Shown here one piece after another: positions 1 through 8,497 of a DNA stretch of 35,849 nt; position 1 is the stretch's first letter; each line of letters starts with the position of its first letter. The translations under genes were made by a program, and so were the position numbers. The notes below the pieces were generated by a model. That model did not search any database, was not told the DNA's origin, and worked only from the letters and a program-made list of their open reading frames with translations. This DNA is from an uncultured Chitinophaga sp. (GTDB lineage Bacteria; Bacteroidota; Bacteroidia; M30B66), in NCBI GenBank assembly GCA_964627105.1, contig CAZVHF010000002.1, forward strand, positions 10,007 to 45,855. Direction: 5' to 3'.

Positions 1-288
1 AGTACAGACACGACTCCAAAAGCGGCTTGCCCCCCAGGTAGCGAGGTAGGTAAAGAGCAAAACCGGAAGTACAAAATAGGCCGCCGTTGCCAAATCTACC
101 CGAAGGCCCGAAATGCCGGAATAGGCTTGTTCTGTTAAAGCCGCATCGCGTATTTTTTCGTGTTGGTAAAATAGAAATACGAGCCTTCCGAGATTAAAAA
201 TCAGCAGCCAGAATGCGAAATAAAGGCCCGTTATACGAACCAATGGATGAATTTTAGAGAAGCTCTGTCGAAGCTTTTCGGCAATCAT
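1..288 (-). CDS. LTA synthase / sulfatase-like membrane protein, N-terminal fragment (gene continues past the left edge)
   Basis: Not in the ORF track because it is open-ended. My translation of the minus strand from the ATG at 288..286 gives 96 stop-free codons: MIAEKLRQSFSKIHPLVRITGLYFAFWLLIFNLGRLVFLFYQHEKIRDAALTEQAYSGISGLRVDLATAAYFVLPVLLF... The 'RLxFLxY ... GLRxDL ... LP' pattern with TM segments is typical of N-termini of Bacteroidota LTA-synthase-family proteins. The ATG overlaps the stop of the upstream S41 gene (ATGA). Confidence 0.5.
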   Translation of the reverse strand, partial: MIAEKLRQSFSKIHPLVRITGLYFAFWLLIFNLGRLVFLFYQHEKIRDAALTEQAYSGISGLRVDLATAAYFVLPVLLFTYLATWGASRFWSRVCT

Positions 289-1976
289 TTTCCTTTTTTC
301 TTCACTTCTTCGACGTAGCGCCCGGCGAGGATGTCGTCGTAAAAGGATTTGTTTTTGAGAATTTCAACAGCTTTTTTCAATTCCTCATCTTTAGAAAATG
401 AATTTTCGATGCGTCCCCGTTGATAATAATAGCGGCTCACGATTTCGTCGGAGAGCAATTCCGAGATTTCAGATTTCGCCTTTTGAATATCTGCCTTTTT
501 ATCGCGAAGCATCTTCTCTTTAAGCGCATTGTATTCCAGCTGAACGGATTCGAAATACTTCTCCTTTTCGGCAGCTTCTTTTAGTTTATTAAGGAGTTCC
601 TCGCTTTCGGTTTCGTATTTTATTTCCTTGTCGCCGATGTATTTAACGAATGCCTCGAAAATAGTTTCATCGACCGTGAATGTTTTAGCAGCCTGAATTT
701 CGGGGTTTTTTAGGCGGTAATCGGTTGCAAAATCGAACAATACATTTTCGCCGGCTATTGCACGTGTAACGGGAGCGAATTCTTGCATCGGTAACGATAC
801 GTCGGGATTTACACCTCCACCATCATATACCTTTCGGCCATTTCGGGTTTTGAACTCTCGAATCAACGAATCGGGCACCATGCCTACCGAGCCATCTTCA
901 TTACGGTGCGAATAATCTTTTGCTTGTATGCAGCGCCCGCTAGGGATGTAGTACTTCGACGTAGTAATTTTAATTTGCGTATTGTAGGTCAGCGGACGCG
1001 AAGTCTGCACTAGTCCTTTGCCAAATGAACGCTGGCCAATGACTACGGCGCGATCTAAATCTTGCAGCGATCCGCTTACAATTTCGGCCGCCGATGCCGA
1101 AGAACGGTTTACCAGCACAGCAACCGGAAGCGTTAAATCGACAGGATTGTTCATCGACTTGTAAGTTTTGTCCCATTCCTTCACTTTGCCTTTAGTGCTC
1201 ACGATATCGATTCCTTTATCTACAAAAACATTTACGATGTTAATCGCCTCACGCAGAAGGCCTCCGGGATTGCCGCGCAAATCGAGCACAACACCTTCGA
1301 GCGATGGATTTTCTTTGAGCTTGGTTAAGGCATCGCGCACCTCACGGCCGGCATCTTCGGTGAATCCGGTAAGTTTTATTAAACCGATTTTATCGTCAAT
1401 CATTCCGAAGTATGGAACGTTTTTTACTTTGATCTCTTCGCGGGTAATGGTTTTCTCAATGGGCTTCTCTGTACCCGGGCGCTGAATCAGAATTCTCACT
1501 GGTGTATTGGGCGTTCCTTTCAGAATTTTTACTACATCGGATGTTGTTTTGCCTTTCGTCGATTTTCCTTCTACCTCAAGAACAACATCGCCTGCCATGA
1601 GACCGGCTTTTGCTGCCGGAGCATCTTCGTAGGGCTCAGAAATAACGATGTAATCGCCTTTGGTGCGAATCAATGCCCCAATGCCACCGTATTGTCCGGT
1701 GGTCATGAACTTAGCATCTTCGATATCGTCTTCGGGGATAAAATTGGTGTACGGATCGAGCGATTCGAGCATAGCATCGATGCCCGTTTTAATGAGTTCG
1801 CCCGGTTTTACATCATCGACGTAATACAGGTTGATTTCACGAAACAGCGTGGTGAAGATGTCGAGGTTTTTGGAAATCTCGAAATAATCGTCCCTAAAAC
1901 TGAGTCCGCTGATTGCTGTTATAATTACGATTGCGGGAGCGGCAATCCACTTAAAACGTTTTTTCATAGCATTCAA
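285..1976 (-). CDS. ctpA: S41 family carboxy-terminal processing peptidase (tail-specific protease type)
   Basis: 563-aa ORF with an N-terminal TM/signal segment and a PDZ-like stretch (GGIGALI...APAAKAGLMAGDVVLEVEG). Catalytic Ser region NRSSASAAEIVSGSLQD and Lys region GQRSFGKGLVQ are present. The start could alternatively be the ATG at 1967 (MKKRF). Confidence 0.9.
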   Translation of the reverse strand: MNAMKKRFKWIAAPAIVIITAISGLSFRDDYFEISKNLDIFTTLFREINLYYVDDVKPGELIKTGIDAMLESLDPYTNFIPEDDIEDAKFMTTGQYGGIGALIRTKGDYIVISEPYEDAPAAKAGLMAGDVVLEVEGKSTKGKTTSDVVKILKGTPNTPVRILIQRPGTEKPIEKTITREEIKVKNVPYFGMIDDKIGLIKLTGFTEDAGREVRDALTKLKENPSLEGVVLDLRGNPGGLLREAINIVNVFVDKGIDIVSTKGKVKEWDKTYKSMNNPVDLTLPVAVLVNRSSASAAEIVSGSLQDLDRAVVIGQRSFGKGLVQTSRPLTYNTQIKITTSKYYIPSGRCIQAKDYSHRNEDGSVGMVPDSLIREFKTRNGRKVYDGGGVNPDVSLPMQEFAPVTRAIAGENVLFDFATDYRLKNPEIQAAKTFTVDETIFEAFVKYIGDKEIKYETESEELLNKLKEAAEKEKYFESVQLEYNALKEKMLRDKKADIQKAKSEISELLSDEIVSRYYYQRGRIENSFSKDEELKKAVEILKNKSFYDDILAGRYVEEVKKKGK

Positions 1977-1986
1977 TCTTAATCGT

Positions 1987-2208
1987 TTATGGCACCGGAT
2001 CGTAACCGTGTCCTCCCCAGGGATGACAACGAAAAATCCGTTTCAGGCTCAACCAGCCGCCTTTGAGCGCTCCGTATTTCCGCACTGCTTCAATTCCGTA
2101 GTGCGAGCAGGTTGGATAAAATCTGCACGAAGGCGGAAGGGCAGGGGAGATGAAGCGCTGGTATAGGGTAAAGAAATAAATAAGTAATTTACCCGGCAGC
2201 TTTGTCAT
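1987..2208 (-). CDS. yidD: membrane protein insertion efficiency factor YidD
   Basis: 73 aa. Signature [58 protein letters not shown]. Lies immediately downstream of rnpA, as in many bacteria, with a 20-nt overlap. Confidence 0.92.
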   Translation of the reverse strand: MTKLPGKLLIYFFTLYQRFISPALPPSCRFYPTCSHYGIEAVRKYGALKGGWLSLKRIFRCHPWGGHGYDPVP

Positions 2209-2584
2209 GAACCTGAAGCGTTAAACGTTGTAAAAGTAGGATTATTTTACGATGAATTTCTTGCGAAGGCATTGCTTCTTTACCAAGAAAAATGAGCATG
2301 AATTTTAGGCATTTTCCTTGTTTAATCAATTCTGCTTTTAAGGCTTGGTTGTTTAGTCGGTATGCTTCGCGGCAATGGCGCTTTATGGCATTTCGGTCGT
2401 GTGCTTTGCGAAACAGGCGTTTGGGTACCACGATGCCAAATTGTAATGGCGGCTCAATTTCATCGATTGTTTCAATTGAATAAATTACCCTTAGTGGTTG
2501 CTCATAGAATTTCTTGCCTTCGGCGAACAGTGCATCAATCTTGTTCTTCCCGCGAAGAATCTCCGATTTAGGAAGTTCGAACAC
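2189..2584 (-). CDS. rnpA: ribonuclease P protein component
   Basis: 131 aa and basic. Contains the RNR-like motif [26 protein letters not shown]. Synteny with yidD supports the call. Confidence 0.85.
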   Translation of the reverse strand: MFELPKSEILRGKNKIDALFAEGKKFYEQPLRVIYSIETIDEIEPPLQFGIVVPKRLFRKAHDRNAIKRHCREAYRLNNQALKAELIKQGKCLKFMLIFLGKEAMPSQEIHRKIILLLQRLTLQVHDKAAG

Positions 2585-2588
2585 AAGC

Positions 2589-3407
2589 TTAACGACCTTT
2601 ATTCACCACCTTGAGGTAGTTTTCGATGGCCATAGTCATCGAAGGAGCCTGCGGTTGAGGCGCATTAATGTCTAGAATTAATTCGGCTTCGCGTACTGCG
2701 GCTGCAGTGGTTTCTCCGAAAGCGGCAATGCGGGTGTTGTTCTGCTTGAAATCAGGGAAATTCTGGAATAAACTTTTAATCCCCGATGGAGAGAAAAACA
2801 CCAGCATATCGTATTTCACATCCGATAGGTCGCTCAAATCGCTGCATACTGTGCGGTATATTACGGCTTTGGTGTAGTTGATTTTATGCTCGTCGAGAAT
2901 TTCGGGAATCTCATCTTTGTGAATATCAGAACATAACAAAAGGAATTTTTCACCTTTGTTTTTCTTGATTACATCAATGAGTTCGATGAATTTCTGGTTT
3001 CCGTGGAAGATTTTCCGTTTGCGGAACTGAACATATTTCTGCAGGTAATAAGCAGTTGACTCGCTGATGCAGAAATACTTCATTGTTTCAGGAACAACCA
3101 CGCGCATCTCGGTGCACAAACGAAAGAAATTATCGACCGCATTGCGGCTGGTTAGAATTACCGCTGTATGGTCGAGAATATTGATTTTCTCTTTACGGAA
3201 TTCCTTGGCCGAGATCCCTTCGACATGAATAAACGAACGGAAATCGATCTTCACATTCATCTTTTTCGCCAAGTCGAAATAGGGCGATTTATCACCTTCT
3301 GGTTTGGGTTGCGTGACAAGGATTGTCTTTACCCGCTGCTCTCTTCCTGCTGATCCCTGCTGCTCTTCTGTCTGCAAATTTTTTTCAGAACTCATCGTAT
3401 GCTCCAT
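2589..3407 (-). CDS. hemD: uroporphyrinogen-III synthase (HemD-like)
   Basis: The ORF track extends to 3596, but the first 63 codons overlap the upstream gene and look non-coding. The ATG at 3407 (MEHTMSSEKN) shares one nt with the upstream stop (TAATG). The remaining 272 aa have the HemD-like two-lobe pattern (ILVTQPKP...AVILTSRNAVDNFF...LVFFSPSGIKSLF...IAAFGETTAAAV). The ATG at 3395 is an alternative start. Confidence 0.75.
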   Translation of the reverse strand: MEHTMSSEKNLQTEEQQGSAGREQRVKTILVTQPKPEGDKSPYFDLAKKMNVKIDFRSFIHVEGISAKEFRKEKINILDHTAVILTSRNAVDNFFRLCTEMRVVVPETMKYFCISESTAYYLQKYVQFRKRKIFHGNQKFIELIDVIKKNKGEKFLLLCSDIHKDEIPEILDEHKINYTKAVIYRTVCSDLSDLSDVKYDMLVFFSPSGIKSLFQNFPDFKQNNTRIAAFGETTAAAVREAELILDINAPQPQAPSMTMAIENYLKVVNKGR

Positions 3408-4273
3408 TAAATGAATGCTTTCGCGATTTTTAAAATCAGGAAAACAGGTATTGCTTCCAAAGCGCAAAAGTACAAAATCAAATGAAATTTCGATAGTGTT
3501 TTGCTGCGTAATCCTGAAACGGCTCCGATGGCTAAACTTATCAGGTAAAAAACACCAAAAAATAAGCAGCCTGCAAGAATTAGGTAGTGCGTCCATTCGG
3601 CGGGAGCAATTTTAACGGAGAGGCAAATCGGAATCAACAGCACGGCAAGCATGCAATTCATTACTAGGATGCCGTGCCGGTAATTCGTGCTTTCGTCAAT
3701 GCAATTAAACAAGTAACCGATGATGCTTACCAATGCAATTTTGCCGGCCAGAAGCCCTCCACTCAGAAAGAGTAATTTCCAATATAGAGGAATTGGTGTA
3801 AAAACATCAATGCTAATTTGTCCGAAATTTAAAACCTGGTAGGCAAACACAGGAAACAGAAATACATACACCAGGTGCATCAGCCGCATAGCCTTACGCA
3901 TCATGGTATTTTCGTCTGATTGGATTTTACGGATGCCATCTAAACGGAAAATAGCGGTTACGATTTGCAAAAGAGCCCTCGGAAAAGCCAGATTAATTAA
4001 AGCGATGCAGAAGAAGAACAGCAATAGTAGCGGTAAAATCCAGCTATCGGCATGGGCTACGCGCGATTTGGGCGCAATCGGTGCTTGATATTCAGTTTGA
4101 AAAAAATTGGGCCATATCGGCTCTTCAATTTCCGGTGTTTTATTTACAGTGGGTTTGGGAGCTGAATTTTCGAAACGCGCAACCGTATCGGCCTTCAGCG
4201 AATCAAGGCCGGTCGAATCGCGATTTGCGCTGAGGCTATCGGGTTGTTGTTGCCACGCTTCCATCGAGCGCAA
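3407..4273 (-). CDS. DUF4271-like polytopic membrane protein
   Basis: 288 aa with a hydrophilic N-terminus followed by about 6 TM segments. I recall this family sitting immediately upstream of the hemD-like gene in Bacteroidota. The family assignment is from memory of that synteny and topology, not from a search. Confidence 0.6.
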   Translation of the reverse strand: MRSMEAWQQQPDSLSANRDSTGLDSLKADTVARFENSAPKPTVNKTPEIEEPIWPNFFQTEYQAPIAPKSRVAHADSWILPLLLLFFFCIALINLAFPRALLQIVTAIFRLDGIRKIQSDENTMMRKAMRLMHLVYVFLFPVFAYQVLNFGQISIDVFTPIPLYWKLLFLSGGLLAGKIALVSIIGYLFNCIDESTNYRHGILVMNCMLAVLLIPICLSVKIAPAEWTHYLILAGCLFFGVFYLISLAIGAVSGLRSKTLSKFHLILYFCALEAIPVFLILKIAKAFI

Positions 4274-4339
4274 AAATACGGATTCCTTATAACCGAAGTA
4301 TTTTCGATTAAGCCCTTGTCAAGGGTATCTTTCAACAGG

Positions 4340-5629
4340 TTACGAACGATTTGCGATATTCACATAATCGCGTTTTACTGCGCCAGTATAAATCTGGCGA
4401 GGACGTGCGATTGGTTCTTTGTTGCCAATCATTTCTTTCCACTGGGCTATCCAGCCAGGTAAACGCCCCAATGCAAACATAACTGTAAACATATCGGTTG
4501 GAATTCCCATGGCTTTGTAAATAATGCCCGAATAAAAATCGACATTGGGATACAGCTTTCGTTCAACGAAATACGAATCGCTCAATGCCGCCTCCTCTAA
4601 CTGCTTTGCAATATCGAGCAGCGGATCGTTAATGCCAAGTTTGTTCAACATTTGGTCGCAGGCATTTTTGATGATGGATGCCCTAGGATCGAAATTTTTG
4701 TACACCCGGTGACCAAAGCCCATCAAGCGGAACGGATCGTTTTTATCCTTTGCCTTGTCGATAAACTTACTTACACTGCCACCGTCGTTGCGAATGGCTT
4801 CGAGCATTTCTATTACAGCTTGGTTGGCACCACCGTGCAAAGGACCCCACAAGGCACAAATGCCTGCCGAAATTGATGCATACAAATTGGCCTGCGATGA
4901 ACCTACCATACGAACAGTCGATGTTGAACAATTTTGTTCGTGGTCGGCATGAAGTATCAGCAGTTTATCCAATGCGTTTACAATTACCGGATCAACTTCG
5001 TAGTCCTCGGTTGGCATGGCAAACATCATGTGCATGAAATTCTCAACGTAATTCATCGAGTTGCGCGGATACATGACCGGATGACCAACCGAATTTTTGT
5101 AGGCCCAAGCGGCAATCGTGCTGAATTTTGCCAATAAGCGTACGATGGTTAAATCAATAGCCTCCTCGCCGCGGTTTGGATTGAGCGATTCGGGGTAGAA
5201 TGTAGACAATGAACACGTAATTGAAGCCACTACACCCATTGGATGCGCTTTTGCCGGATACGCCTCATAGAAGCGTTTCATGTCTTCGTGAATTAGTGTA
5301 TGCCGGGTGATAGAATTGGAGAATTTATCGAGCTGCGCAATGGTGGGCAATTCGCCGTAAATGAGCAAATAAGCAACCTCGATAAACGTTGATTTTTCGG
5401 CCAGTTGTTCAATGGGGTATCCGCGGTAACGTAAAATACCCGTCTCACCATCGAGAAAAGTGATATTACTTGTTGTTGCTCCGGTGTTTTTGTAGCCGGT
5501 GTCGAGCGTTACCAGCTCGGTTTGCTGGCGCAATGCGTCGATGTTAATAGCCCGTTCGTTTTCTGTTCCCGTAACTACCGGAAGTTCATATGATTTACCG
5601 TCGAAATTTAATTGAGCCGAGTGTGCCAT
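4340..5629 (-). CDS. gltA: citrate synthase (type II)
   Basis: 429 aa. Hallmark motifs LILHADHEQNCSTST, GPLHGGANQ and GFGHRVYKNFDPRA. Confidence 0.95.
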   Translation of the reverse strand: MAHSAQLNFDGKSYELPVVTGTENERAINIDALRQQTELVTLDTGYKNTGATTSNITFLDGETGILRYRGYPIEQLAEKSTFIEVAYLLIYGELPTIAQLDKFSNSITRHTLIHEDMKRFYEAYPAKAHPMGVVASITCSLSTFYPESLNPNRGEEAIDLTIVRLLAKFSTIAAWAYKNSVGHPVMYPRNSMNYVENFMHMMFAMPTEDYEVDPVIVNALDKLLILHADHEQNCSTSTVRMVGSSQANLYASISAGICALWGPLHGGANQAVIEMLEAIRNDGGSVSKFIDKAKDKNDPFRLMGFGHRVYKNFDPRASIIKNACDQMLNKLGINDPLLDIAKQLEEAALSDSYFVERKLYPNVDFYSGIIYKAMGIPTDMFTVMFALGRLPGWIAQWKEMIGNKEPIARPRQIYTGAVKRDYVNIANRS

Positions 5630-5693
5630 TTGTTAAGAAATAAGTGATGCTAATGTACAATAGTCGTTACAATCATAAATTACAGACAACGGT

Positions 5694-5701
5694 TAATTTT
5701 G
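5694..5701 (+). promoter_or_regulatory. candidate Bacteroidota -7 box (TAATTTTG) for the heme A synthase gene
   Basis: Exact match to the TAnnTTTG consensus, 50 nt upstream of the ATG at 5751. A second match (TATTTTTG, 5739..5746) lies only 5 nt from the ATG. Confidence 0.3.
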
Positions 5702-5750
5702 TTTATGCACTGAAAAAATTTCGGTGTCTTGCAATGTCTATTTTTGCACC

Positions 5751-6788
5751 ATGAAATCTTCCGGCTTGATTTTTTTTCGAACTGCACGAATCGCATTGAT
5801 TTTAACGCTTCTGGTAATACTTGCCGGTAGCGTAGTGCGGGTTACGCAATCTGGCATGGGTTGCCCCGATTGGCCTCGCTGTTTTGGTTATTATATACCA
5901 CCAACGCAGGAAGCGGAAGTTCGTTTTCATCCTGGTCAACGCTATAACAAAGGCATGATGGTCATTGAGCGCGATACACTGTGGCGGGCAAAGGCGGGTT
6001 TTACGGCATCCTCAACATTTAATTCCGCCGATTGGGAGAAATATCCAAAACACGACTATGCTTCGTTCGTGGTTTACCAAACGTGGGTCGAATACATCAA
6101 TCGGTTGCTCGGAGCCCTGCTGGGACTGGTAATTTTGGTTCTGGTGGTTTTTTCATTTCGTTTCCGCAAGACCAAACCGCTGTTGGTTTTCTATAGTATA
6201 GCCCTACTTTTTTTAACTGGTTTTCAGGCATGGTTGGGGAAGCTTGTGGTAGATGGAAACCTGATTCCACAATCGGTGAGCATTCATATGTTGGCTGCCT
6301 TGGTAATTTTATGGGTTTTGACATTGATACTTTATGGTAGAGAAAGTGCGGCGCCTCGCATCGGTAATAAACTTGTATCAACATTGGCGCTGGTTTTGGT
6401 TGGAATCACAACACTCCAGATTCTTATTGGAACCCAAGTTCGGGAAGAAATCGATGAAATTGCAGAAATTACAGGCTATCTCGACCGATCAACCTGGGTC
6501 GAATCGCTTTCATCGATTTTTACTTTGCACAAACTTTTTTCATTAACGGTAGCAGCAGTTTGTGCGATCATTTTCGTTCAGCGAAAGCATATTGTGGATT
6601 CGTGGTTTAAAAATTCGGCGAATCGTGTCGCGTTTATCGTTCTTGCCGAAATTGGATTAGGACTTATAATGTCGTATGGCGAGATGCCTCGTTTTGCACA
6701 AAGCCTGCATCTGCTTTTTTCGACTATCTTATTTTGTTTGGCAGGAAGAATTTACCTTGGTGCCAGAGCTGGTACTATTTCCAATTAA
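5751..6788 (+). CDS. ctaA: heme A synthase (COX15/CtaA family)
   Basis: Polytopic membrane protein with the N-terminal signature GSVVRVTQSGMGCPDWPRCFG. The ORF-track start at 5724 is GTG, so I prefer the in-frame ATG at 5751 (MKSSGLIFF). The 3' end overlaps gldD convergently by 14 nt. Confidence 0.85.
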   Translation: MKSSGLIFFRTARIALILTLLVILAGSVVRVTQSGMGCPDWPRCFGYYIPPTQEAEVRFHPGQRYNKGMMVIERDTLWRAKAGFTASSTFNSADWEKYPKHDYASFVVYQTWVEYINRLLGALLGLVILVLVVFSFRFRKTKPLLVFYSIALLFLTGFQAWLGKLVVDGNLIPQSVSIHMLAALVILWVLTLILYGRESAAPRIGNKLVSTLALVLVGITTLQILIGTQVREEIDEIAEITGYLDRSTWVESLSSIFTLHKLFSLTVAAVCAIIFVQRKHIVDSWFKNSANRVAFIVLAEIGLGLIMSYGEMPRFAQSLHLLFSTILFCLAGRIYLGARAGTISN

Positions 6789-7347
6789 GGGTTTGTATAA
6801 GGTGTTCTACATCTTTCGAAAGAAAGTTGATAACCGGAGCCAGCGAGTCGGAATTGGGTGAAGCATTGAAATACAGCGAGCCCCGAATAAAATGCCGACT
6901 GCTGTCTGTGAGATGAAATTGAATGGCTGATGCGGCATTTCCGCTAACGGAATAAAGCGTTCCAAATACGCGTTTATCCGGAAGTTGAATATACTGTTCG
7001 GCAATATCGTTGGCTTTTACTGTGTGTTTGTATGTTAAGGTTCGCGAATCCTCAAGAATTTGTTCGAGGTTATCGTTTACTTGAGAATAACTTAAATGCA
7101 CACTAGCTTTAAACTGTGGGAAATAAACATCGGGCCAGCATTTACTTCGGTAATTGTTCCGATACATGATTTGGCTGTAAATGGGATGTTCGAAGCTAAA
7201 CGGGCAAGAATCTTTATACAAAACATACGCGTGTTTCGGGAACGCAATTCTATAATATCCTTTTGGGCGAGGAATATCAGATGACTCATTGGCGCCACAA
7301 GCCGAAAAAAGGGATACAATAATACCGCACAACAAGAAATTCTTCAT
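6775..7347 (-). CDS. gldD: gliding motility lipoprotein GldD
   Basis: 190 aa with a lipobox (SLFSAC). PRPKGYYRIAFP...CPFSFEHPIY resembles the conserved N-terminal region of GldD. Position next to ssb matches the known Flavobacterium neighbourhood. Confidence 0.7.
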   Translation of the reverse strand: MKNFLLCGIIVSLFSACGANESSDIPRPKGYYRIAFPKHAYVLYKDSCPFSFEHPIYSQIMYRNNYRSKCWPDVYFPQFKASVHLSYSQVNDNLEQILEDSRTLTYKHTVKANDIAEQYIQLPDKRVFGTLYSVSGNAASAIQFHLTDSSRHFIRGSLYFNASPNSDSLAPVINFLSKDVEHLIQTLNWK

Positions 7348-7381
7348 GCTGCAAAGTACAAAACCTTAGGATTCTTAAGTT

Positions 7382-7771
7382 CTAAAAATGAGAATCTAAT
7401 CCATAATCATCGGCCGGATGCACAAAATTGTTTGCATCTTCTCGTCTTCCGCTGAGAACGGTAAGTGTATCGGCAACAATTTCGACCGAATAGCGCTTTA
7501 CTTTATCCTTGTCTTCCCAAGAGCGAGAGCGCAGTTTACCCTCAATGTAAACGGATGCTCCTTTTTTCACGATTTTTTCTGCCACTTCGGCTAGGCCTCG
7601 CCAAAGCACAATATTGTGCCATTCGGTTTGTTCCTGTCTTGCCCCGTCTTTTTTGTAGATTTCTGTAGTCGCTAATGGAAAGTTAGCGACACGAACGCCA
7701 TTCTCAAGAACCTTAACTTCGGGGTCTTTTCCTACGTTTCCAATTAAAATTACTTTATTAACTCCAGCCAT
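7382..7771 (-). CDS. ssb: single-stranded DNA-binding protein
   Basis: 129 aa with an OB-fold signature (NKVILIGNVGKDPEV...TEWHNIVLWRGLAEVAEKIVKKGASVYIEGKLRSRSWEDKDKVKRYSVEIVA). The C-terminal tail is short. Confidence 0.92.
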   Translation of the reverse strand: MAGVNKVILIGNVGKDPEVKVLENGVRVANFPLATTEIYKKDGARQEQTEWHNIVLWRGLAEVAEKIVKKGASVYIEGKLRSRSWEDKDKVKRYSVEIVADTLTVLSGRREDANNFVHPADDYGLDSHF

Positions 7772-8020
7772 TTATTTTAAGATTAACTAATAGTATAATT
7801 GCAGTAAAATTATGCATTGCGCCTTCGATGGCAAATTTTTGTCGAAAAATATTTTTTAAACACTTAAAATAAAAAACAAACACCTTTCGACAAATATGTT
7901 TAAACGACTTTATTCCAACTCATAACAAGGTGGCTTCCAAATAGCATATTCAAAAAAAATATAAATTACCCTGAAAACGAATTTTCAGACTAATTATTCT
8001 GCCATAAGCGTGGTTTGATG

Positions 8021-8497
8021 CTATTTTTTTTCAAATCGATCGATGCGCATGCCAACTTCCATGATGGCAGGAAGATTTTCCATTTGCATGGCCTGTATTA
8101 CCGAGAATTCATAGTGCCCCTTCATCGGAAAGCGCAAGTTCTGCTTAAAACGAATCTGATGATCCCAAATATCGCCCAGGCCCGAGCCAGCCCATTTCCC
8201 GTCGGGGTTTTGAAGCATGAGTTCTACTGTGTCGCGCGCCATTTGCCCATTGGGGAATTTGGTGTTTAAAAAGATATACAGGTTGCTAAACGGATACGCT
8301 TCGGCGTGGCGGATATTCATGTAAAAATTGCAGGCGGTAAGCGTATCGCTGATGTCAACACCAAACACAACGGGTTTTTTAGCATTCCAGATGGAGTTCT
8401 CGATGGCTTGATTGTCTTCGAAAATGCGCGTAGAATCGCACGCCGTGAACAACCACAGGCACACTATTCCCCAAAGTATGACTAAGTTATTGCGCAT
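8021..8497 (-). CDS. gldH: gliding motility lipoprotein GldH
   Basis: The ORF track extends to 8689, but the first 64 codons lie inside the PSP1 gene. The ATG at 8497 gives MRNNLVILWGIVCLWLFTAC (lipobox) and a 158-aa protein. GldH-like blocks are present: YPFSNLYIFLNTKFPNG...LQNPDGKWAGSGLGDIWDH...GHYEFSVIQAMQMENLPAIMEVGMRI. Confidence 0.78.
   Translation of the reverse strand: MRNNLVILWGIVCLWLFTACDSTRIFEDNQAIENSIWNAKKPVVFGVDISDTLTACNFYMNIRHAEAYPFSNLYIFLNTKFPNGQMARDTVELMLQNPDGKWAGSGLGDIWDHQIRFKQNLRFPMKGHYEFSVIQAMQMENLPAIMEVGMRIDRFEKK

Noticed and set aside
3408-3596. N-terminal 63-codon extension of the hemD-like ORF in the track (start at 3596)
   Set aside because: It overlaps the 3' end of the upstream DUF4271-like gene in another frame. 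The translation (MDALPNSCRLLIFWCFLPDKFSHRSRF...) does not resemble HemD. An ATG abutting the upstream stop at 3407 gives a normal-length protein.
4313-4325. Small hairpin CCCTT-GTC-AAGGG downstream of citrate synthase as a possible terminator
   Set aside because: The stem is only 5 bp and no T-tract follows on the minus strand, which is too weak to call.
7858-7887. AAACAC direct repeat at 20-nt spacing (AAACACTTAAA ... AAACACCTTTC) upstream of ssb, superficially like the LytTR-box 9-mers
   Set aside because: The spacing is 20 rather than 21, the leading CC is missing, and the second copy diverges after 6 nt. In an A/T-rich spacer this is most likely chance.
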